A stretch of DNA of 64,000 bases from Antedon mediterranea (lineage: Eukaryota > Animalia > Echinodermata): assembly GCF_964355755.1 (NCBI RefSeq), contig NC_092675.1:22354912-22418911 (forward strand). The letters are read 5' to 3'. Positions 48,236 to 61,300 of this stretch are shown here, piece after piece (within the stretch, counting starts at the first letter, position 1; each line of letters opens with the position of its first letter). Below the pieces are notes generated by a model. That model ran no database searches and was not told the DNA's origin. It saw only the letters and a list, made by a program, of their open reading frames with translations. The position numbers and the translations under genes were made by a program.

Positions 48236-49234
48236 TTATGGTAGTTTAAAAACATTTTTTAACAGCACTGCTGAGATCACAAAGTAATGGTATCAGGAAA
48301 ATAGTAAATTTGTAGTTAAAAGATGTTACTACTATTGAATGATTAGATAAAACAGTACAGTTACCATGTAATCTAATAGGCAGCTGTTTAAATGATTTAA
48401 ATGTAAAGGTCAATTTCAAGTTAATTTTTACAAGTTATGTATCAATATCATTAGCTTGTATGCACATTAGTAAAATAATATTGGTTTTATTAGGATGTTA
48501 AATTGTAGGATGATTAGCACTATACTTCTCTTCTTAAAGAGGAATTATGTTTGAAATTATTGACATAATATATAAATTTATTTATAACCTCTTTTTGTTC
48601 ATAAAAGCGTTGTGAATAAACCATTCATTTTTCAGACTGGTGCTAGGAAGGGAGAAACAAGTTTTTAAAGAGATGAATAGACAATATATAGAGGGCACTG
48701 TAACATAAATTGAAACAACTAAAATTGATACTGGCTGTCAAAAAGGTCAATTTGTAGTTCAGTACAGAATACCATATAGAAATGCGACACTTGGGACCTT
48801 GCTTATCAACAAATAAAAAATGAATATTGCAAATATTCCTAAGAAAATGTGCATTTAACGTAAAATGAGTAATTTTAAGTAATATCTTTTCATAAACTCA
48901 ATTTAACTGGTTCAATTTGTTTTTTTTTTAATGCACTATCCAGTTTGAAATGAAAGTCTATATCACAACAATGTAATTTACTGCTCATTGGGAAAAGTGG
49001 AATTAAGCTATTAAACTAATAATTATATATTTCATTCCTATCAGGCCGTACATTCCACTTAATTAGCAGCGAGTAATAATATAAATTAATATATTTTATG
49101 TCAATTATGTAATTCCAGATTATGAATTAAATTGTATGTCTTTTGATTTTTTATTTGTTTTGTACTTTTTATTTTTAATCTTGGAACAGATAGCGATTAT
49201 ATCAAATTCTTTTTCTTGACATAACGTGGTTGTA

Positions 49235-49645
49235 TGACACCATATGATGTAATAATTATGGCAATATACAGGCTTGTATTGCAATATTGGTGCATACTTT
49301 TTTGGGGTGAATTTACAGGGAAAATTGGCAAATTTATTTCTCAACATAAAGTTGTTCTATGGCACATATATATGGCAATATATGGGCACGTATTGCAATG
49401 TTAGTGCATAATAACTGCATTTCAAAAGTTCATATTTTTGGTGAATTTGCAAAAAATCCTTGTACAGGGATTTTGTCGAAAAATAGGCAAATTTTGATGA
49501 CTTTATTTCTCAACATAAAGTGGTCCTATGGCACCATATGATGTAATACGGCAATATATGGGCACGTATTGCAATGTTAGTTCATAATAACTGCATTTTA
49601 AAAAGTTCATATTTTGGGTGAATTTGCAAAAAAATCCCTGTACTA
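49235..49645. repeat. Tandem duplication, about 169-bp unit (two near-complete copies plus a degenerate one)
   Basis: TTTATTTCTCAACATAAAGT...GGCAATATATGGGCACGTATTGCAATGTTAG...GGTGAATTTGCAAAAAATCC at about 49333 and about 49502. Confidence 0.8.
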
Positions 49646-49964
49646 TACTGTACATTTTTCAAAAATCACTTTTTTTAGCTTTTTGGGCTATTTAGGGAAT
49701 GATACACCTTGTGGTATATTCAGATATTCAAAATTTTAACTAGAAATATGAAATTTAAAAATCAAAATACCACTCAATTACAAGTGTGTGTTACTATTGT
49801 CACCAAAGACTAACTCAACTACAAATGCCATGAAAGACTCACTCAAATGACATCACCTATTATCATAGGAAACCCATTCAAAACCATGCACAACAATGGT
49901 TGTGTTAATTGCACAGCAAAATGTGCAATAAAAAGTACAAAGATTACTTGGACTCTTTTGGCTA

Positions 49965-50640
49965 GGCAAATTGTCACTAACAGTAAAAGATTTTGGAGCT
50001 GGATGAAAACTAAATACAAGTCAAATAATCTTCCTTCTGTCATGAGTCACGATAACATTTCATTCCAGTCTAATTATGATAAAGCTACCACATTTAATTC
50101 TTATTTTCATTCTTTTTTCAGTGAGCCTTCTCCGGACGTTCCCCGGGACTATGTCTTCCCATGGAGATGGTCTTCCTGACTTTGCGGTGGATAACTGAGT
50201 TCTCTGTCTGTGAATCAGCATTCTGTGGAAAAGGCACTTAGTAACATTGATATCAATAAAGCTACTGGCATTGATCAGATTAGTAACGTTGTCTTAAAGG
50301 GTGCCTCCTCCTCACTCTCGTATCCGCTTTGCAAATTGTTTCAGCTATCTATTAATTCTGGGGTTTTTCCTTCATCTTGGAAACACGCTAATATTGTCCC
50401 AATTCACAAGAGTGGTCCCAAAAAACTAATCTGTAACTATCGTCCTATTTCGTTATTGCCTACTATGTCTAAGATTTTTTAGCGCATTGTGGATGATGGT
50501 TTGTCATCACATGTTGCTAATGCTTTAAGTCCTAGGCAGCATGGATTTGTCTCTGGGAGATCATGTCAAACCAACCTCGCACTGCTTCTTGCTACATCAT
50601 ACGATGCAATTAACAGCAAGAAGCAGTGCGATGTGATTTA
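49965..50640 (+). mobile_element. CR1/L2-group LINE ORF2 fragment (pre-RT and RT N-terminus), frameshifted and truncated
   Basis: NSKRFWSWMK, KATTFNSYF, KATGIDQI, GVFPSSWKHANIVPIHKSG, NYRPISLLPTMSKIF*, QHGFVSGRSCQTNL, ending at DVIY. Confidence 0.9.
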
Positions 50641-52005
50641 CTGCTTATATCAATATACTATATTTTTTGTGTTTCTGCCTAAGTCAGCTGTGTGACTTAG
50701 GCAATTAAGGAGAGCTGACTTATGATCTGCCTAACTCACTGCATATATCATTATACTTAACCCATTTGTTACAATTTCTTTCTCTTTTATTGCTACTTTC
50801 CTTTTCTAAAATCATCAGTGTTAATTTTAATCTGAAAAGCTAATGCTATTAAATTTTGTTACTTAAAGGTAGCATTTTTTGTATATAGATGATATCGACA
50901 GCCTCATAACAAAAGTGTCTAAGTCATAATTTTTTTTTTCTGCCTAACTCACTGCTTATATCAATATACTATATTTTTTGTGTTTCTGCCCAAGTCAGCT
51001 GTGTGACTTAGGCAATTAATGAGATCTGACTTATGATCTGCCTAACTCACTGCTTATATCAATATACTATATTTTTTGTGTTTCTGCCTAAGTCAGCTGT
51101 GTGACTTAGGCAATTAAGGAGAGCTGACTTATGATCTGCCTAACTCACTGCTTATATCTTTATACTGCCCTCTGTACATTATCTGAGTGCTTTTATATAC
51201 ATTTGCACATGCTCAGATCGCATTTTGTGTTTCTGCCTAAGTCAGCTGTGTGACTTAGGCAATTAAGGAGAGCTGACTTATGATCTGCCTAACTCACTGC
51301 TTATATCTTTATACTGCCCTCTGTACATTATCTGAGTGCTTTTATATACATTTGCACATGCTCAGATCGCATTTTGTGTTTCTGCCTAAGTCAGCTGTGT
51401 GACTTAGGCAATTAAGGAGAGGAGACTGATGATTTTTAAAATAAAATAATAAATACATTTTTATAGTATATTTTTTAACCCATTTGTTACAAATTCTTTC
51501 TCTTTTATTGCTACTTTACTTTTCTAAATTCATCAGTGTTAATTTTAATCTGAAGAGCTGATGCTATTAAATTTTGTTACTTAAAGGTAGCATTTTTTGT
51601 ATATAGATGATATCGACAGCCTCATAACAAAAGTGTCTAAGTCATAATTTTTTTTTTCTGCCTAACTCACTGCTTATATCAATATACTATATTTTTTGTG
51701 TTTCTGCCCAAGTCAGCTGTGTGACTTAGGCAATTAATGAGATCTGACTTATGATCTGCCTAACTTTCATTTAAGATCAATCTCCCTCCCTATGTTTTGA
51801 AGTTCAGTAAGTTTTACAAGATCGTAATTATAACCCAAGGTGTAGGTGTCATGATATAGGTGTGGTTGTTCAGAGGGTGTTGTTGTCCTAGGGGAATAGC
51901 AGTTAGTCTGATTAAAATTAACACTGATGATTTTAGAAAAGGAAAGTAGCAATAAAAGAGAAAGAATTTTTAACAAATGGGTTAAAAAATATACTATAAA
52001 AATGT
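50641..52005. repeat. Complex tandem/inverted repeat array with six hairpin-containing units
   Basis: TGCCTAAGTCA-GCTGTG-TGACTTAGGCA at 50676, 50987, 51085, 51234, 51383 and 51705. A larger block repeats 718 bp apart, and an inverted copy lies at about 51908-52005. Confidence 0.9.
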
Positions 52006-52379
52006 GAGGTGAAGATGTGGTTGTTCAGAGAGTGTTGTTGTTCTAGAGGGGTAGTTGTCCTAGGGGCATAGCAGTTGGACTAGAGGGAATTTGTAAGATA
52101 GTGGGACTAAAGCAGCTCCTTATTATCGAAAAAATTGGCCTGATTTTGTTCTCTCTTTTCTTTTTCAAAACAAATGTTTTACCGTAAGAGCTTATGTTAT
52201 GTTGTTTAATGACATTATACGTTTAGGCCCTACTACTACAAGTCCAGTAGGTTAGGCCTAATAATGAAATATTGGTTTGGCTGTTACTACTTCATAGAAG
52301 AACTTAAATTGATTTGTTTTTACATTTTTTTTCCACTCCTGAGAACATAGGACAATAAACGTTTTTACCTTGAATTACC

Positions 52380-52580
52380 TTGAAATAAAGGCTAAAGCAA
52401 ATTGCTTATTCGCCTCTCTGGAATTACAAATCTCTTACATACGGCTCTGAAACTTCTGGTGGTGGTTTTTCCAGTGTTCTTTCAAATTAAACTGATTCAA
52501 TGACTTTGACTCTACAACAACTCTCGGCAAAGCGTTCCAATCGTTAACTACTCTTGCTCCAAAATTATTTTAGAACCTCA
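52380..52580 (-). mobile_element. CR1 LINE 3' remnant
   Basis: Minus strand reads FGARVVNDWNALPRVVVESKSLNQF, a typical CR1 ORF2 C-terminus. Confidence 0.65.
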
Positions 52581-53054
52581 AGAATAATTATATCCATGAT
52601 ATGATTATGACTTAAACATTTCTACTTATTTCATTTTATTTCAATTCGTTTTCTACAGAACAGAACCTCCTAATTTGACTTTAGATTTTAAAAAAAACCT
52701 ACACTATAAAACAATTGATTACATTAGACGATTTGAAAATCAATCTCTCTTTGACAGTTCATACATTTCTTAGTCTTCCTATTTTGAAAACATAGCTAAC
52801 TGCGCCAATTGAGGAAATCGTTTTTCATAGTTTGTCCTAGAAGTTTAAGAAAAATAAATATCGCTACAGTTATTACAAAATATACTACAAATGTTAGGTA
52901 CATACGTCGATATTTTAATAATTTCACCTCAAATATTGTTAAATGTATAGTGTGGTACAACGCCCTCGTAGTTCCCTCTATACACATCATTTGATTTTAC
53001 AATACAATTAGCACCAAAAGAAGCAGCTTGTTAATTTGGTTACCAATCGTAAGC

Positions 53055-54995
53055 TGTAGTTGTTTCTAGTGGGTAGCTAGAGGGTAGTTTTCCTAGGGGT
53101 AGTTGTCCTAGAGGGTAGTTGTCCGGGGGGTAGTTGTCCTAGGAGGGTGATTGTCCAGGGGGTTACTGTCCAGGCAGTGGTGGCGCCAGCGGGGGGGCTA
53201 CGGGGGCTCTAGCCCCCTCGTCGGGGAGCCTAGCCCCCCCGTCGGGGAACACGGGTACTTTTTGTCGGGGAATATAACATACAGTAAAAAACGTTCGCGT
53301 TCACTTCATATAGCTTCAGCGCCTAGAAAACCACGACGTTCCATTGACCGTGAGAGTACGTCAGAGAGCTATTATGCACTTTTATGCATTCATTATTGCC
53401 AGAGATCTAACTACTAAACAATAGCTAGTACGCACTTGTTTGGCGGTATCCCTTTGTACGAATCGTTCACCGTTGGGTCGAGACGCGTGATATCATGTTC
53501 CATCCAGGGACCAAAATGTGTAATGTAGCTATTTTCCAGGCGAAGTTTACCGACGGTTACCGAAGGGAACACGGGTACTTTTTGTCGGAGAATATAATAT
53601 ACAGTAAAAGACGTTCGCGTTCACTTGGTAGCTTCAGCGCCTAGAAAACCGCGACGTCTCATTGACCGTGAGAGTACGTCAGAGTGCTATTATGCAATTT
53701 ATATGCATTCATTATTGCCAGCGATCTAACTTACTACTAAACATTAGCTAGGTACGCACTTGTCTGGCGGTATCCCTTTGTACGAATCGTTCAACGTTGG
53801 GTCGAGACGCGTGATATCAAGTTCCATCCAGGGACCAAAATGTGTAATGTAGTTATTTTCCAGGCGAAGTTTACCGACGGTTCGGGTACTTTTTGTCGGA
53901 GAATATAATTCGTTCGCGTTCACTTCGTAGCTTCAGCGCCTAGAAAACCTCGACGTTTCATTGACCGTGAGAGTACGTCAGAGTGATATTATGCACTTTA
54001 TATGCATTCATTATTGCAAGCGATCTAACTTACTACTAAACAATAGCTATAGGTACGCACTTGTCTGGCGGTATCCCTTTGTACGAATCGTTCAACGTTG
54101 GGTCGTGATATCATGTTCCATCCAGGGACCAAAATGTGTACTATAGTTATTTTCCAGGCGAAGTTTACCGACGGTTTTGTCGTGTACTGTGTCGACGTAC
54201 GCTACACTACAGCAAAAACGAATTATGTTAATTGTTCGTATGTTCACCAATTTTTTAATTTACAAGTAACCTTCTGTACCGTGGGGCACCTAAAATAAAT
54301 ATTTCATCCATTACTAAACAAAAAAACATGCCATTTTCGCTTAGCCAATATCTTATTATAGCTATAAATTTTCAATGTCCTGTATGTCATGAATTTCTCA
54401 CCACTCGGAAGTCCAGATGGTACGCAGGCATACACTTGGGAGGAATAAACTTATTTCCCCGACTGAAAAAGGTCTACGCTTGCGTTTTTTAAGCCTCTGG
54501 GCCTGATGTTTCCAAAGTATAAAATGCAATTTTTTGAAGACCTGCAGCTCTAGTTTTAAACATTTTCTTAGCTCAGCCCCAACAATAAAGCTGGTCATAT
54601 TTCGAAGTACAAGAAGTGCATTTTCCGGGACCTAACATCTCTATTTTTCTAAATTTTCTTTGAACTTTTATTTTTTAAATTGAAAAATATGGATTGAAAC
54701 AGTCATCGCGCATCGTTTTTTTGCACGCAGTATTTTATTTAGGCCTATGCATTATAAAAAATGGAAAAAATGGCTACCCTAAATCTGATTAAAATGACCT
54801 CAAATGACGCTAGAACGCGTTGCTTCCGGGGGCTTCGCCCCCTGGACCCCCACCGGGGCCCCTTGGCCCCCAGCCTTGTGATGCTCGCTTCGCTCGCATA
54901 GCCCCCTCGTCGGGGAATGTAGCCCCCACGTCGGGAAGATCCTGGCGCCACCCCTGTGTCCAGGAGGTTATTGTCCGGGTGGTAGTTGTCTTAGA
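53055..54995. repeat. (GGGGTAGTTGTCCT)n-like 14-15-bp repeat tract, split by the hAT insertion
   Basis: Units at 53055-53174 continue at 54957-54992. Related units also lie at 51870-52080. Confidence 0.7.
53175..54956. mobile_element. Non-autonomous hAT DNA transposon, 1782 bp, with internal tandem triplication
   Basis: 8-bp TSD TGTCCAGG (53167-53174 / 54957-54964). TIR CAGTGGTGGCGCCAG / CTGGCGCCACCCCTG (14 of 15). Subterminal AGCCCCC.CGTCGGG motifs. Three units of about 300-320 bp at 53246-54175. Confidence 0.92.
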
Positions 54996-55139
54996 CCCCA
55001 GTCACACATCAACGTCACCCCCAGCAGATGAAGGAAATGTAGTAGTGCTAGGTCTTACCAAGCATTATTTGCTTAACTCTGTGACCCCCTTTAACTTTTA
55101 AAATCGGATAAAGCATTAGGAAATAAAGAATGTTTATTT

Positions 55140-55415
55140 TTTCACCCTTTTTATTTTATTTATTTTTATTTTATATATTTAGGCAAATTGCCAAGGATAA
55201 CCATAAGCAAATTCAATCACTATCCTTCTTAAAGGTGGTAATCCGTTCACGAGACAAACATATACACACAATGCTCTACATAAACAAAGTCTTTATTACA
55301 AATCTTTGGGAGTGGAGTTGTAAATTGTCATTAGAAAAAATCCTGACATATGACAGGACTTGAACCCAGGACCCTTGGATTGGCAGCCAAGCATCATAAC
55401 CACCAGGCCACAACT
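55140..55415 (-). mobile_element. tRNA-derived SINE (second family)
   Basis: Minus-strand head GTGGCCTGGTGGTTA...CTGCCAA..GGTTCAAGTCC with A and B boxes, and an AT-rich (AAAT)n tail. Confidence 0.6.
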
Positions 55416-55673
55416 CCATTCCACCCTGGAAACATATACGACCCATGGCACAAGTTTTTTTCAATTCTCATGTTGAGTAAAGTTTTAGTAAATCGGATAT
55501 TAAGCGTCTGGGGAAGGCAGCAAATTAATTTTTCGAAACACAGCACAAAACACAGTTACAAACGAAATTATGATATAATATATATGAATATTTTTTAATG
55601 GCTGTACATCAAAATTAAAAAATACTGATTAATAACCTGCGATATAATTCAGCTGTTAACTAGGCTAGTATAT

Positions 55674-56764
55674 GGGTGTCACGAAAGCTCAGACCACGAA
55701 AGCTCAGACCCCCTAAGACCTAAGATCACGAAAGCTAAGACCCAACACCTAAGATTACAAATATTTATCTTTCGCACCTGCCTTGTATTTTAACTCCCAA
55801 CATTTATTCTGAATACCACACCTTAGAATTGGCACTTTCATGAAAAAGAATCACATAAAAAGTAACAAATACATTTTTAAATTGATGATTTTACAGACGT
55901 TTTTCTCCCACACAAAATGACTAGCCTACTACAGTACAGTTGTAGGCCTACCCCATGTTCAATGTTTTTGTTTCTATGGAACGTCAAAAGAGCAAAAAAT
56001 ATATAGAGGGCTGAAAACTCTGTGGAGTCCATCTACAGTGTGGATGGAACAATGTAAAATTAAAATTGTAATGATAATAGTATAATCATGCAAGTACGAA
56101 GAAATAAATACTGGCAAATAAATTTTAATTTAAAAATCATGATAAGTTTTTTTGTTTCGTTTTCTTTCTGTTTTTATACTTGTACTATTATTGTTGCTCT
56201 TTTGGCGCTCCATAGAAACAAAAACATTGAGCATGGGGGAGCTCGAGGAGTTACATTGTCATTACAGTATACAAAGAAACACATCTGTAAAATCATCAAT
56301 TTAAAGGATTTATTTATTTGTTATTATGTGTTTCTCCTTCTGAAAGTACTTATAAGTCCTAATTTTAAAGTGTGGTGTTCAGGATAAAGTTAGTCAACAA
56401 ATTTGGAGTCAAAATACAAGAAAGGCAGGTGCGTAAGAAAAACATCCTCTGAAGCAACACAATGGAGTAAATATATACCAACAAACAACCCGTCAAGTTT
56501 GTTTGTTGTAAAGAAAAAATATACATTTACTCAACGGGCGAAAATAATGTGAGTTTTATCGATGTTTTGCGGTAGTATTAAATTATATTTATGGTAATAA
56601 ATGAAACCTACTGTGTTTAAAATTATGTATGGATAAACAAGTATTGTTTTTAATCTGTAGTATATCTTAGTATTTGTAATCTTAGGTGTTGGGTCTTAGC
56701 TTTCGTGATCTTACTTAGGTCTTAGGGGGTCTGAGCTTTCGTGGTCTGAGCTTTCGTGACACCC
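55674..56764. mobile_element. Foldback, Mutator(MULE)-like non-autonomous element, 1091 bp
   Basis: 10-bp TSD GCTAGTATAT (55664-55673 / 56765-56774). TIRs of about 90 bp begin GGGTGTCACGAAAGCTCAGACC. A second, degenerate internal inverted repeat pairs about 55765-56006 with about 56185-56442. Confidence 0.92.
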
Positions 56765-57083
56765 GCTAGTATATATATACATTTTAATATAAAAATACAA
56801 AATTGTGGATAAATGTTTATATATTCGAATAATATCAAGTCCTACATGCTGACTATATAACTAGCTAAAATGGCAACGATAGAACGAAAGATATATACGT
56901 TTTTATAACACCTATAATCTTCTAATTAATTTCTCTCAACTTTTACAAAACATTGGAGATGTCGATGGGGTTTGAACCCTTTATAGGTTATGGTTATTTG
57001 AACAATTTAAAAAATATATGGAATAGCGACAATTACCATTAACCGACACTATATACACATTATGCGGTCAAGTTTTTTAGAAT

Positions 57084-58273
57084 TTACACTTGGGCTTCTT
57101 TCACTAAATGTTCACTATAAGCTGGCAGGCGAGCTTGGCCCATATACTGGGTGTTTTGCTGTGGTAGTTGTGCTTGAGCTTGCCCCATATACTGGCCTTT
57201 TTGCTGTGGCAGGTGAGCTTGAGCTTGCCCCATATACAGGCCTTTTCGCTGTGGCAGGTGAGCTTGAGCTTGCCCCATATACAGGCCTTTTCGCTGTGGC
57301 AGGTGAGCTTGAGCTTGCCCCATATACAGGTTTTTTTGCTGTGGCAGTTGTTCTCCAGCTTGCCCCATATACTGGCTGTTTTGCTGTCGCAGTTGTGCTT
57401 GAGCTTGCCCCATATACTGGCCTTTTTGCTGTGGCTGATACATGACATGGTGTTGACCCATGTAAGGTGGTTGACTGTTAAACTGTGGTTGACCTATGAC
57501 ATGCGGTTGGCCAAAATAATGCTGCCCCACTGGGTTTTCTTGAACATCAACTTGACCTTTAGAAAATTGTAATTAATTCATATCATTAAAAAAAATACAA
57601 TCGTACATTATCAGCTCTAAAAAAAAAGTAACATACAGTAAGACCATGAACAAAAATATTAATGTTGTATGGAGGGTGTGCGCACCTTGTGTTTTAAACA
57701 TTGTTTTTGATATTGATTACACACCAAAATGAATATATGAATGAAAGAATAGGCCTATATCCCCAATAAAACAATTATTTTATTAGGCAATGAATAGAAC
57801 GAAATTGTTTACTCGCACATGCATTAAATTTACATCGCTACCAATCAAGAGGTTGTAAACATAAACCATGTACCTATTCAAACATATTTTTAAAATATAA
57901 TTTTTTTTAATTGTTCAATTGTTCATGTTATCCAAATTTATGTTTGCATTTAAATAACACATGAAATTCAATGCAATGATTTTAACTAACATACTGTTCA
58001 ACTGTTTAGCATGTTGACGGTCACCATTAGGTCACCATTAGGTCACCAGCACTGATATAATAATAAGTATTTATTATTTATTTTATTTTATGTCTTTAGG
58101 CAATGTGGCCAAGGATTACCAATAGTGATTTAATCACTGTCCTATCAGTTAGGTGGTAATCCCCCTGATACAGGGGCTATTGTGTGAACCAGTTCACCGG
58201 GGTAACCCCCTACTCTTTTTCGAATAATGAACTGGGTTCTTTAAAGTACACACAGGTTATAACTGTGTACACT

Positions 58274-58307
<34 letters not shown>

Positions 58308-61300
58308 TTGTTCCACCACCAGAACTAGGAGCGAGTCGGCCTCGAACCCTTGCCGATGTTGTTGTTGGCTCTTTAGGTACGGTAAACGGCGCCCCTGCCT
58401 TAACCGCTCGGCCATATGACTCGCCAAGTAGCAGTGATCACAAGGGTTAAACCATAATTTAGATGTTAAATTCTAGTTAAAGAATATTTATTTTATTCAA
58501 TTAAATTTTTAAAAATTTGTTTAAAAAGTCAGACATTTTTATCTTGAATACACAAATTTCCAAATTGCTGCCAAATGTTACACACTTACCAGTTTCTACC
58601 ACATAGGATGCATATTGAATCTGAAAGAAAACATGTAAGATACAGTACACTATTACATAACGGTAGGGATAGTATTTCTTAAATGTCCTATTATCCACTT
58701 GGAACATCAATTGATATCATCACAATACAGTTTTAACTGCAATGCAAATAATTCTATCAAGGTAATTGGAACAGAATTTAGTTCATATTATAACACAGTA
58801 AATTGTTTTGATTGGTTACGCATGTTCCGTTCATTTATTTTCACAAATTATTATTATTATTATTTATTGCCAAAAACCAGTTACAAACATACAAAAACAC
58901 AGAAACTAAGGGAGTAGGCAGGAACCTAAAAGTGAACCTAATCACTATAACAAGAGTTCAGGTTCCGTACTCCTAAAGTAACAACTATGACGGACGGTAA
59001 CTATTGAATGTTTTTTTAGTGTAATAATACTGATCATGTTTTGCCACGCGGGGTTGTACTGATCCTCATTCAAAATGTGTTGATTGATTTTTGATTACTA
59101 CTTTGTTACTGTTGAATGATAACTATCAATGGCAGATATCACAACCAATCAAATAGGAAGAATATATGCCTACTTTGACTGTTTATATGAATATGAATCA
59201 ATGAGTTATCAAACCAATGAACATTGTATTGTTTGCTGTTGATTTATTGCAAACTGTACAAACAATAGAAATATATCTTCTGTTAAAAATATTTTTTTAT
59301 AAAATACTGTACTTTAAACAACACATTTACTGACTGTGTCAGGTGTAAATAACAAATATCAGCATCATTTATCCAGTTTATTTATTGTATTTCAATAGTC
59401 AGTCAGTGAAGTAAATACAACACAGAAAAGAAACTCACAGTTGTGGATGTTTCACAGCAGCATGCTCCAGTACAACACATGTAGACTGATGCAAACATTG
59501 CAACTATTACCTCTACACCTCCAATCATCGTACAAACAATGTTAACAGCATTGTAACTTTTTTTCTATTATATAAAATATTGCAAACATTAATGAACATT
59601 TCAAATAAGTGGGTTTTACTAAACTCATTAACTTAATCCCCTTACACACCAAAACACCAGGTCGTCAACTCCAGAAGTGTCTCCAGAGTTTTGCTTTTTG
59701 TGTGAAAGGGTTTCATTGTCAAAATGGAAAAAAAAAGAGATATCGCTATTTTGGCATTGGTATGTTGAAATATTCATATCAAAATCATGAATCCTGCAGT
59801 TTAAAGCAAGACTTCTAAATAAGGCTTACTTTTAAGAAAAATAGACAAGACTCACAAGATCAAAGTAGTAGTAGTATTCAGAGCTGTAGAGGCTATAATG
59901 TGCACTGATAATACCTCCAATGACAGCATGAACAACTGCTATAACAATTGCCAATGTTGACATCACAAGAAAACCAATATTCTGAAAATGAATTTAAGCA
60001 TAAGCAGACTAAACAGCTTTAGAACAAGAACAAGACACAATGCTTGACATTGAACAAGACATTGTTTGCTGTATTACTGTAAGGTAATGACAATTGCACG
60101 CAATACTAAATTTTTATTGGAATCTATCTATAATGAAATAAATATTTTGTGTTTTTAACAAAAATGTATTTGTAAACATCTGATTTGTATTGTATAAACT
60201 TTTGCTTTAGGTCAACAATTGTCAAGAAAACCAAGCAATTTACACTATAAGTATAGAAATCTCAGAATTAAAAATATCGTTTTATCAAAAACTTTTCTAG
60301 TAAAGTTAAGTCGTGAATAGCTAAGAATCGACTTAAAGACTTACATAAAGTCATATTTTCCTTATCATTGTTAATAATTTGATTTATAAATGTTTCTAAT
60401 TGTATCCATTTTGTATTATTGTATTAAAAATATTGTCCTTAAAATTTTGATGATAAATAAATTTTTGCGCTTCATAAAACCTTTTTAAATCGTTCATAAG
60501 CATTTTGATAGTTGGCTTACATTTAACTACAGTAGTTTACATTTATAAATACATAATTTTACTATTAGAATAATTGCATTAATGGCTTTTAAATTAATGA
60601 AATGAATGTTTGATTGATTGAATTTATCTGGTTCATACATAAAATACATTATAAAATAGACGACAAACAGTACATCAAATTGCTTCAGATTTCCAGTTTC
60701 CAAGTATCCAGTGGGGTAATTTATTGTACACAACATTAAAAAAAGCAATCATAGTAACAAAACAAAACTTACAGCACACAAGTTTCGTCCTTTAGATTTT
60801 CCAGCAACCACTCCCAAAATTCCAGCAACAAGATAAAACTGAAAACATTATAAGCACAATTTATATATTGTTACCTATTAATTATATTTTTAATGCGTTA
60901 ATATACTGTCACAGCAATATTGTTACAACCGGATCACACACAAACAAAAACAAAATGAATCTAGATAACGAAAATATTAAAGATTTATTGTCCTCCCAAA
61001 ACATGAAAAATGAAGATGAATGAAATCAGACTTTGATTAGGCCATTTTGTAGTTTTAATAAAGTTAATCACGTACAGTAGGAAAAAACAAAAACAAATGT
61101 TTTCACCTATAAAATGACAACATAATGGAGAGAATAATCTTCATAAAAATATAAATAACTAAATTAAATTGGTTCAGTAAATAATATGTATGTTTGTCGT
61201 TAATGTTGAATGTTGAATAATGTATAAATGATTTTGTAGGTTCATTAAACTAAATTTAAACTTTGGAGAAAAAAATGCAATATCTATAGATTATTAATTT

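Noticed and set aside
50641-51766. CRISPR-like array (palindromic repeats with spacers)
   Set aside because: The spacers are themselves duplicated and too long and variable, there are no cas genes, and the context is eukaryotic.
57062-57572. Plus-strand and alternative-frame ORFs over the 45-bp repeat (ELAPYTGLFAVAG…, KKASIWGKLK…)
   Set aside because: These are shadows of the repeat. Only the Gln-rich minus frame joins the upstream exon in the correct phase.
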